From NCBI GenBank assembly GCA_951406725.2, contig OX597818.1, positions 104,284,001-104,348,000 of the forward strand: a stretch of 64,000 bases of DNA, in the 5' to 3' direction. Positions within the stretch are counted from its first letter, which is position 1; every line of letters starts with the position of its first letter. The notes under the pieces are model-generated. The model saw nothing but the letters and a program-made list of their open reading frames with translations. It was not told the DNA's origin and searched no databases. A program made the position numbers and the translations under genes. The DNA comes from Octopus vulgaris (taxonomy: Eukaryota). This document shows, piece after piece, positions 53,895-64,000 of the stretch.

Positions 53895-53976
<82 letters not shown>

Positions 53977-54089
53977 CGGTATATTCTGTTAATAATTATG
54001 TAGAGTACAGTATAAAGCTATATCGTGACGCTACTTGGAATTAATTTGCTAGATGTGGTAAAATATTGGTAAGTTTACTCGGGATTAAA

Positions 54090-54297
54090 GTGATGACCTA
54101 GCAGAATCGTTAGCACACTGGCCAAAATGCTTAGCGGCATTTCGTCTGAATTTTTGCGTTGTGAGTTCAAATTCCACGGAAGTCGACTTTTCATTCGAAT
54201 CTTTCTGTGTCGATAAAATAGGTGTCATTTAAACAGTGGGGTCTATCTAATCTACTAAGTATCTCAAACTTACTGGCCTTGTACCAAAATTTGAAAC
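54090..54297 (+). mobile_element. Diverged Meta-like tRNA SINE
   Basis: gcagaatcgttagcac...gagttcaaattcc. Confidence 0.7.
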
Positions 54298-55108
54298 CTG
54301 TCGGTCAATTTCGGTGGAGATTTTAAAGGACGCTGAACACGAAGCACATTTTATTGTTCGATGTTCAATAACTAACTTTGATCAGGTATTAATGTTTAGC
54401 ATGCAATGTGTGGGGCTTAGATCCACGTGCACACAACGTGAAGTCGGAAGAAATACCTCTAATCTTTCTCTCCCTCTGCTCGCCTTAAAATATCAATATT
54501 AATAATATTGATAAAATAAGTCGTGAACAGCTAATGTCAGAATGCAGGTTTATTGTCCAGTAGATTTGCGAATCAGCAGATTAATTGGAATAGTTGTGCT
54601 TAGCGTCGAGAATTTGTTCCACCGAGTTTTCTTTGGATCTTGACAGCCAGATCTCTTGCAACGGCGACTGAATATAGTAAATTATTTCAGCCAACATCTA
54701 TCATCATGGCCGTTGAAAATATGCGACCGATCTCCGCCTGCTTTGCAGTAATCCTTGACTGTGAAGTAAGATAGATTGTTTGCAATTTATTTCCCGGTAT
54801 GCCGCCTCGAATCTCCTTCGGTATAAACAGTGATTTAACGACTTCTTGCTTTACGTGTTAAGGTAGGGGAATATCATCACGTTTCTCGCTCTCCTAATTC
54901 CTAATTATGCATATAAAATCGCTGACATCAATCAATAGACTGACAAAATGAATAACTAGGAAAGAAAATCTCATGCATTTTTTTAAATGTCTTTTTATGC
55001 ACTAAGTTCAGATACTGGCAGGATCGGCTTTGCCTGCCAACCGATCGAAGTAAATAAGATTAAGAACCAATGAAACAATTGGGTCGATATAATCTTCTAT
55101 ACCAACTA

Positions 55109-55690
55109 GGCGGCGAGCTGGTAGTAACGTTAGCACGCCGGGCGAAATGCTTAGTGGTATTTCGCCTGCGTTACGTTGTGAGTTCAAATTCTGCCGAGGT
55201 CGACTTTGCCTTTCATCCTTTCGGGGTCGATAAATTAAGTACCAGTTACGCACTGGGGTCGATGTAATCGACTTAATACCTATGTCTGTCCTTGTTTGCC
55301 CCCTCTGTGTTTAGCCCCTTGTGGGTAATAAAGAAATAGGTATTTCGCCTGCCTTACGATCTGAGTTCAAATTCCGCCGAGGTCAACTTTGCCTTTCATC
55401 CTTTTGGGGGTCGATTAAATAAGTACCAGTTACATACTAGGGTCGATATAATTGACTTAATCCGTTTATCTGTCCTTGTTTGTCCGCTCTGTGTTTAGCC
55501 CGTTGTGGGTAGTAAAGAAATAGGTATTTCATGTTCCGCTACGTTCTGAGTTCAAATTCCGCCGAGGTCGACTTTGCCTTTCATCATTTCGGTGTCGATT
55601 AATTAAGTACCAGTTGCGCACTGTGGTCGCTCTAATCGACTGGCCGCCTCTCCAAAAACTTCGGGCCTTGTGCCTAGAGTACAAAAGAAA
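55109..55690 (+). mobile_element. Meta-like tRNA SINE with triplicated body
   Basis: gtatttc..gagttcaaatt..gactttgcctttcatc repeated three times. Confidence 0.85.
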
Positions 55691-56140
55691 ATAAAAAGAT
55701 AAGAATCTTCTGTACCAATTGCCAAAATGCGTGGCCTTATAACTATGGTAAAAGAAAAACAATATAAAACAACCAGTTTCTTTTAGTTACTTTTGTTCTA
55801 GTTGATCGGAATAGTTTATTTTTTATCTATTATTTGTTTCAGTCATTAGACTGCGGCCATGCTGGGGCAACTTCTTAAAGATTTTTTAGTCGAATGAAAC
55901 GAATCCAGGAGATCGTTTTTTAATATTTTGTTAAACATCGTGCTTATTCTATCGGTGTCTTTTGACGAACCACTAGTTATGGAGACAAACACCTGTCGTC
56001 AAGTTTGGGCGGGAGACGAATACAAACACAAGGATACACATATACACACACAGACATGCATATATATATATATATATATATATCTGTATGTTTGTCTGTC
56101 TGTCTGTATGTATGTATGTATTATGTATGTATGTATGCAT

Positions 56141-56480
56141 GGTCGGTTCGTCGGCGACTAAACCGGCAATCCCACCAAGCTTGCTTGGTGAGGAGGGTGT
56201 TTATATTACACCCTGCGGGATGAAAAACAAACCCCGTCAAAGGGCGGACGAACTCTTGAGAGTCAACGACCATCCAATAAATGTCTTAAGGATGTATCAT
56301 GCGCGGGAACATAGAAATAATCGGACTGAATACCCGATCGCACGGTTAAACCATTGGGAGTGAAGGACTCCTAGCCTTTGTTAGGGGATCCTTCTAGGAG
56401 AAGGTAACTCAGGTAACTGGGATAACTCCGACGTAAAACCTGCGACTCAGTGGTTACCGATGATGTTGATTTGTTCTTCT
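56141..56480 (+). mobile_element. GC-rich structured insert resembling an RTE-LINE 5' leader, nested in a minus-strand SINE (55830-56600)
   Basis: Hairpins caccaagc-tt-gcttggtg, agggtgt..acaccct and ccttct-agg-agaagg; ctaggagaagg.aactc motif. Confidence 0.45.
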
Positions 56481-57137
56481 TTTCGGATTATGGCTTTGGT
56501 CCACTCGAAACTACAAGAGAGGACACTTGCGCAAGGTACCATGGAGTGGAACTGAACTTGAAACTATGGCAGCAAGCTTCTTACCACACAGCCAGCCCTT
56601 CACCCGCTTTATTTTTTGCCTTTTTTGACATCTTTTCTTTTATATTTTATTGTTTTCGTTGACCGATTTTCAGAGGAATTGTTTATATCTTAAAGAAGTA
56701 TTGTCGTGAAATAAGGTTTGTGTGCCACATGTTAATTATAGCGATGCAAAGTGAACAATAAAAACAACAACTTCAGCAACAGCAATTCGAAATGAAATAT
56801 AGGAACTATTAGATATTGAATACAATTGATATAAAAAAATAAAATAAAAACTATCGCAATTATTAAGAATGGGAAGTTACATGCGATATGAGTAAACGTC
56901 ACAGATGTGAAAAAATATATTAGGAAATATGACGAGAAGGAAATGATTGATCGATTTCAAAAGAGAGAAAGAGAGAGAGAAGTGGGGGCTATGAGGGCAA
57001 ACCAGTAGGAGGAAGAAGTAGAGAAAGGGATGGGGATAAGGGATGGATGAGGAGGGAACGTGAGGAATGGTTAAAACAATTAAGTGCAGAAGTCTATGTG
57101 CATGTATATATAAATATATGAGTGCGTATGTATGTAT

Positions 57138-57399
<262 letters not shown>

Positions 57400-58600
57400 A
57401 AATGAATGACGGAAGGTGGAATATATACATATGTATGTATATGTGTATAGATGCGTGTATAGATGTGTGTGTGTTTAAGGTAATTGTGTTATTGTTTTTG
57501 CTTCATGGCCATTTATGAGATGATTTCCAAATGGTTGTTTTTGCTATTTTGCTCATGTTTTGTTTTTGTTTTTCGTTTCTTTCCTCTCTCATCGATAATT
57601 TTATTTTGCGAAGAAAATAATTATGTGAGAAATGCCCTCTTAGATTTTTTTTTTTCATTTCTTTAATGTAAATTCGAAAGCAAATGAAATAATGCTTATT
57701 TTATTTGTCGGTGATGGTAAGAGGAAGGAAAAATTACAACCAGTGAGGATTCTTTACAGCAAGGAACAGAAGCAAAAACCAGCATGGAAGACAATAGCAC
57801 AAACACAAGGGAGAAATGGCGATTAAAACGTCATAATTAGCCGGTTAGTCCTTAGAGATTATCAGAAGTTGTATAGATTCTGGATTATATCTATTGTTAA
57901 GAACAAGTTTTCTCTCAGTGCTGAAAGTAAGTCCTTTCGGAAAATCTCTCTTTTCGCTCTTGTCTATGTTCAGGAGGAGAGCATCTCTAACTTGATACAG
58001 AATTCTTATTTCAAATGCCGCTTCAAGACAGAGCGTATTTGTCTTCTTGTTTGTCTTCATTCTTTGCAATCTCGGATACCACACAGAAGAAGCTCACATG
58101 ACCTTTCTGGCTAAAGGAATGCTGCTGTGTCATTTTACCGATGGACGTCCTTGTTAGACTGATCTAACCTCCACACACGTTAGCAACATGCGTGTAATGG
58201 CTATGTTGCACAATGCACATCTATTGATAGATTAGATCTGCCTGGTAGTATATTTGTGTCTGTACTCATTACCTAGCAAAGGTTGGGACAAAATCCCTAA
58301 CTTGAAAGTCTTTCGAAATTCACAGCGTTGTTCCTTATCGTTGATACCAAGAATCTCTTGAGTATCATTCTCACACAAGTCCCTCACAAACCGTTTTCAG
58401 AATACAAAAGTCGATTCCCCGCGGTCCGAATACTAAGTGCCCAATTACAGATTGTCAACCACCGCACCCCAAGTGTGTGTCGTAGAAATAGCAAATGACA
58501 TCCTGGATCCTGGGACCCATTGGTACCATAAAGCGGAAAAACAAACTGCAAGGGAGATGATCTTAAAAAAATGCATTTGTCAGACCCTACTTTACATGTT

Positions 58601-58860
58601 GTGGAGGCGCGTGGCTTAGTGGTTAGGGTGTCAGCATCATGATCGTATGATTGTGGTTTCGATTCTTGGACCAGGTGACGCATTGTGTTCTTGAGCAAAG
58701 CACTTCCTTTCACGTTGCTCCAGTCCACTCAGCTGGTAAAAATGAGTAACGCTGCAATGGACTGGCGTCTCGTCCAGCTGGGGATCACATACGCCATTGA
58801 AATCGGGAAACCGCGCCCATGAGCCTGTCTAGGCTATAAAAGGGTGCATTTATTTTAATT
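58601..58860 (+). mobile_element. tRNA-derived SINE, third family (diverged copy at 62515-62700)
   Basis: gtggcttagtggttagggtg A-box, ggtttcgattc B-box, ttgagcaaagcactt core. Confidence 0.8.
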
Positions 58861-59489
58861 TAATTTACAGGTTACATTTCGTGTAAATTTTCATTTTCCA
58901 ATTCAATTAGATCCGATATTAGCCTATTTTGAGACTTCCCGCCTAGTCTCCAATTTGAAAGTGGTGTGTCTTAGCACCTGCAACTATGTCAAAGTTAATT
59001 GAAGCAGCATGACGGACTAGGTGTCTGATCCAAAGCGGAAATGCTGACGGTTGCTACCAACATTCTTACTACTATGAGGATAACGCCACAGTTTTTTTTT
59101 TTTATATTTGTCTGGTTTTCTAACGAAAGCTGAGAGTATTTACACCTTTGAAAATAGTTTCAAAGGCGGAGGTAATAATTTCTAGTCAGTAATTTTCAAA
59201 TGAATAGCATGTGACCTAATAATATATAATATATATTATAATAATATATAATATATATTATAATAATATATAATATATATATATTATAAAAATATGTTAA
59301 TGTTATTTAAATTCTGAACGGTTTTGCTGCTGTAGTTTGATTTCTTCAGCCATCAGTTTCTACTAAGATAGAAACGCGAGTAAAATTAGTAATTAGAAAA
59401 TAAAACTTTGGAAGCAGACTAAAAGGAGATAACTGAGAAAGACTTGAAAGTCAACGTAAGATCGTAATCATGTAAAGTAAATATAAGAA

Positions 59490-59680
59490 ATCATGGAGAA
59501 TCCTTGTCCGGTAGTCGATCGATGCCAAAATCTAATCAGTTTGAGCCATTCACGAGGTCAAACATCCCCGAATGTTTCATCCGAATCATTCCTGCGGTTC
59601 TTGAGATATCTTGTCAACGGACAAACAAACAAACATGACTGAAAACGATACCTCCGCATTCGCTATGGCGGAGGTAATAA
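59490..59680 (+). mobile_element. 3' end of a Helentron/DINE-like non-autonomous element
   Basis: (ACAA)n followed by terminal hairpin acctccgc-attcgctatg-gcggaggt-aataa; ggcggaggtaat also occurs at ~59166. Confidence 0.45.
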
Positions 59681-60163
59681 AACCAGTCACTCATACAGAG
59701 ATGAGACGCCGCCACCTGGCTAAGAGCAGATGAAGAATAGTGGCATTTAATGTGCTTCAAACATGTGTCTGTGCAGGTTTCCATGTGTGGACGTGTGTAT
59801 GCTTGAATTTATGCATGCATATATATACATATACATATGCACACAAACCTGTATTGAGTTGTTTTTTTTCGCGTTTAAATGCCTCTGCATAATTGTACGG
59901 ATTTTTCGTATTTGCTCATATACACATAATTGTGGGATTTCAGACGTAGCTCTCATATTTTTCACTTAGTTTCACGCCCAACTTAGTCCATGAGGTTGTG
60001 AATTCGTGGAACTGGAATAGTGTATCATGAATTGGTGTAGCTGTATTATCATATACTATGCACATATAGAGACATGTATACGAGTAGCAATTGACAGCTA
60101 CCCAAATGTATTCTAATCAAAATAAACGGAACAAAGATTATAAAACGAGGCACCTTTTGAGAA

Positions 60164-60269
60164 GTTACCTGACGAGACACATCTGCATCAATGATGCACC
60201 ATAACTGCTTGCATAGCATCCCGCCCACGAGAGACCGATGCACGATGGGTCGAAATGATCGCTCGTTAA
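60164..60269 (+). ncRNA. Degenerate type I hammerhead
   Basis: ttac-CTGACGA-gac[long loop]gtc-GAAA-tgatcgc-TC-gttaa; core intact, stems I and III eroded. Confidence 0.45.
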
Positions 60270-63066
60270 AGACTCTCATAAATTGTATTTACTTTGTGTT
60301 TCTCTCATATGTTATACAAGGGGTAATGATATGAATAGATAGATATGTATGATATATTTCAGAAATGGAACCACACGTGGGCCGTTGCCGATTTGGTCTT
60401 CTTTGAACTTTTCCTTTTCTCCTTTACGACTAAGAGCTACGCTCGAAACGTTAAAAACTCTATCCTTTCATATGCAGGAGCCTTATACTCTTCATCAAAA
60501 TAGACAAAGCACACATGAGATATTCACAAAATTACTTATATGCAAGCCAACGAATATTCTATAGCAGAATAATTTTATTCACTTATGTGTATCTTTAAAG
60601 CATTTTTCACTTTTTCATAATCAAAACGCGATATCAAGTAGAACATTTCCTAAGCAATCGATATATTATATTCCATATAATGTAAAAACAAACGGTGCCA
60701 TAGATATATACATTATCGACTGGAATTCTATTTTCATTTTTTATTATATAGCTATAGTCATCTAGGATTTTTCTTTTCAAAAGATTACAAAATATGTGTA
60801 TGCTCCATGATATGTTTTATGCGAATATTTTTAAGTAGTAATACGCAACAGATTATGCGTAGACCATGCTTCAATTTCCTTTTCATTGCAGCTACAGTAA
60901 CAAGAGGACGGGTTTAATACGATTACCTGGTTCTCGGATGTCTTTAATAGAAATTATCTCAGGAACAACAATTCTTCCCAGTGAGTCCGGTTCCACATCA
61001 GGTCAATTTTTCCCTGCAGCTGTTTTCGCCAACTGTTGGTCACATTATTTTCTCCAGTTTAAGACAATTTACACACTCCAGGGTCTCTGACCTTTCACCT
61101 CTGGTTAACTTATATAAAGCGTTTGAGAAACTGTCTTGTCTATGCAAGAAATGTATTGATTAAAATCGAATAGCGTCTTGGAATAAGACTGATGAATTAT
61201 AATTAAACTTACAGCTAAAATCGGATCAAAATAATCTTCGATAGCAATCGATTAATTTAATTTGTATTAATTGCTCCGTTCGTTCACTCTTCACTTCGTT
61301 GATCCTGTAGTTGTCAGGTAACTAAATCAATAACACTTACCTGTTTCTTAGACGCATTCCTCTCTGTGCGCTTAGTAATATTGACCTGTAGAAGAGGTCA
61401 GTAGAAATTGTTTTCGTCTAACAACACGTACATACACACAGTCACACTCTCTCACACACACACTGTATGTTTGACTCTTTAAAAAAAGAAGTAACGATTA
61501 ATTCATTACTGAAATTTTTGCTCATTCTCAAATAAGTCACCGACATTGTTATGTATTACTCTGTTGAGATTTAATCGTATTAATCAAAGTAAATCTGCCA
61601 TTCTCTTGTTCAAGATTTAAATACAAACACAGATAAACGATACACATAAATGAAAATCTCTTAAAGGTAACCAACCAATTAAAATCATTGGATTGGAAAA
61701 ATTTTCAGAAATGTGCAATCTCACATCTGAGCTGTTGTAAATCCAGCAATAATAACTTTCAAGTATTCAGTGCTTTTATCATTCGTTGAATTTTGCCCAT
61801 GCTGGGGCACGTTCTTTAAGGGCTTAGTCAAAACAGAGACCCCAATCGTCTTTTTAATACATCTCTAATTCTAAAAGCCCACTAGATTAATTGGAGGTAA
61901 ACGAACCTACATGGGTTGCCAAGCAGATGGCAGATGAGGACAAGCTCCAACACAAATTTTTACATATACATGTGCATGCACGTGTTTACGGACATGGACA
62001 CACATGAATACACTCACATATTTTCCTCAAGGTTTCCATCTACCAGACTTGCCCGCAAAGCATTCATTAGTTCGGAGCTATAGCAGAAGACATTCGACTA
62101 AGATATTGCTCGTTAGAATAGGACACCTACCACCCGGTTGTGAATCTCAGTTTGCTATCACATAAGTGTTGTGAAAAAAGTCGACTGACACATTTCAATA
62201 CAATAAAGAAACTGTGTGAACTGTCCGAGTTGACAGTCGGCTGTTGGCATCGTTGATAGTTCATGTTGGATTACTAGCGTAGTACGAAGTACGTTATACG
62301 TAAACATATTAATTCTGCGAAAAGTTTTTCTAGATAACCATATCCAAATATTCATTTGAGTAATACTATTCCTACACCCTTGTGCACATCCCAGCGTCTT
62401 CATAAAATTATTGACGACGAGATATTGAAAACTCCGGAAGACATAACAATATCCATTCCCGCACTTTCAGTTTTTATTATTTTTACTAATAATATATCTC
62501 ACGTTCTAAACTCCGTGGAACCACGTGGTTTAGTGGTTAGGGTGTTAGTCTGATGATCGTAATATTGTAGTTTCTATTCCTGGACCGACTTCATTCTGCG
62601 ACGGACCGGCGTCCCGTCCGGGTTGGGAATATGTTACGCCATGAAAACCGGGAACCGGCTTTTGTGAGTCGGTGTCTCTTCGAGAAGGCAAACTTCAATT
62701 TATTTTCCATAATCCGTTCTAAAATGGCATTGTATCATTCAGAAATAATATCACAACTACATTAGACGGATTTGAACACAGAATGAAGGGGCATACATTG
62801 GATCAACCATCCCTTCACCGATTTCACCGATCATGATGTATTATATATATATTTCATGGCAATTCTATTGCATCTGAATAATCAAATTCATCGTATGTTT
62901 TCTACATAATGATGCTTGAGAACTTCAGGCACATTGATTGCTGTACGAGATAACAAATATTCGTACAAATAAACAAGTATTCACACGTGAAAGTAGCCCA
63001 GAAAACATACTCTTTTGAACGCATTAGCGCATTTAAGCATAAATATGTCCATGCAATTATGGAAAA

Positions 63067-63114
<48 letters not shown>

Positions 63115-63401
63115 CTTATGCACAAATACACATTCACATAAGTATGTATATATGTATGTATGTATATGCATATATATATATATATGCGTATGCATACAAG
63201 AAGAAAATGGTTGGAGCGGTAACTGCATACATACATACATAGATATTTATAACATGTATAGGGTTTCAGCCAGCAGTATATAAATACATTCATATTGTCG
63301 ACATATCACATGTGTAATAAAACATACATTAAATGATCATACGTATCTGTATGTTTGTATGTGCGACATATATTTATCAGCAATATCAGATAGATAGATA
63401 G

Positions 63402-63455
<54 letters not shown>

Positions 63456-63599
63456 TTGTACATACATATATATATGTATGTATTCATATATTTATATATA
63501 TATATGTATAGTATGTGTGTGTTTGTATGTATGTATGTATGTATGTATGTGTTTATACTTACACATATACTTATCCACGTACGTTGATACATGAATACA

Positions 63600-63648
<49 letters not shown>

Positions 63649-63973
63649 GTATATATGCGAGTGGGTGCTTGTATGTTTGTTGCTGTGGGTATGTATGTTT
63701 GTCTGACAAATATTTTCATTCAACATTCGGTATCCGTACATCGTAGGTGAGATATATATTTCTATTTCAAAGTAGTCTAATATATTAATGGTGATTCAAT
63801 AAAAATTCCGGTTTTCACTCATATTTATGCTCTGCCTGTCTTTTATAAGAACACCATACATCTCTGTTTAATATCCTGTCTCAAACTTTAAAAAGCGAAA
63901 TCTCCTATCATGAAAAGTCATTCTCCTCTGTCTATTTCGCATATATTTACTAAGTTTATCGAAGCTATGTTCG

Positions 63974-64000
63974 ACTTCCGGTGTGTATTAAACTTCCGGT
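63974..64000. promoter_or_regulatory. Two ETS/GABP-like ACTTCCGG motifs, possibly the edge of a promoter
   Basis: gacttccggt and aacttccggt 17 bp apart at the window end. Confidence 0.25.

Noticed and set aside
57845-58120. 79-aa ORF as an exon or recombinase piece
   Set aside because: No recognisable motif; cannot be supported without a homology search.
58601-58680. Genuine tRNA gene
   Set aside because: A and B boxes are present, but the sequence continues into a SINE body and lacks a proper cloverleaf.
59310-59360. HHR-like motif on the minus strand
   Set aside because: Both core segments are mutated (ctgatgg, aaaa); indistinguishable from chance.

Overview
AT-rich, microsatellite-saturated eukaryotic non-coding DNA. 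The repeat content (tRNA-derived SINE families, R4/Dong and Penelope-like elements) suggests an octopus/cephalopod genome; this is an inference. No intact host gene is supportable, and most listed ORFs are translations of (TA)n/(CA)n/(TAA)n/(CAT)n tracts. The window contains a nearly intact Penelope-like retroelement (PLE; RT plus C-terminal GIY-YIG, ~3841-7260, +), a decayed relative (~24990-27460, -), a third GIY-YIG relic, an R4/Dong-type RT-RLE LINE in (TAA)n, and LINE, SINE and DNA-transposon fragments. The main hidden signal is a hammerhead-ribozyme (HHR) system. Seven near-identical 534-bp non-coding units (16887-20662) each carry a canonical type I hammerhead with a palindromic stem III, preceded by an inverted partial unit. 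A second family, unrelated in primary sequence (434-bp period, 2841-3690), has the same architecture and a co-varying multi-helix 3' RNA domain. About eight further canonical or variant HHR motifs occur, including one at the 3' end of the autonomous PLE. Together these look like several non-autonomous retrozyme families (putative circular-RNA producers) plus a candidate helper PLE, all associated with (TA)n.
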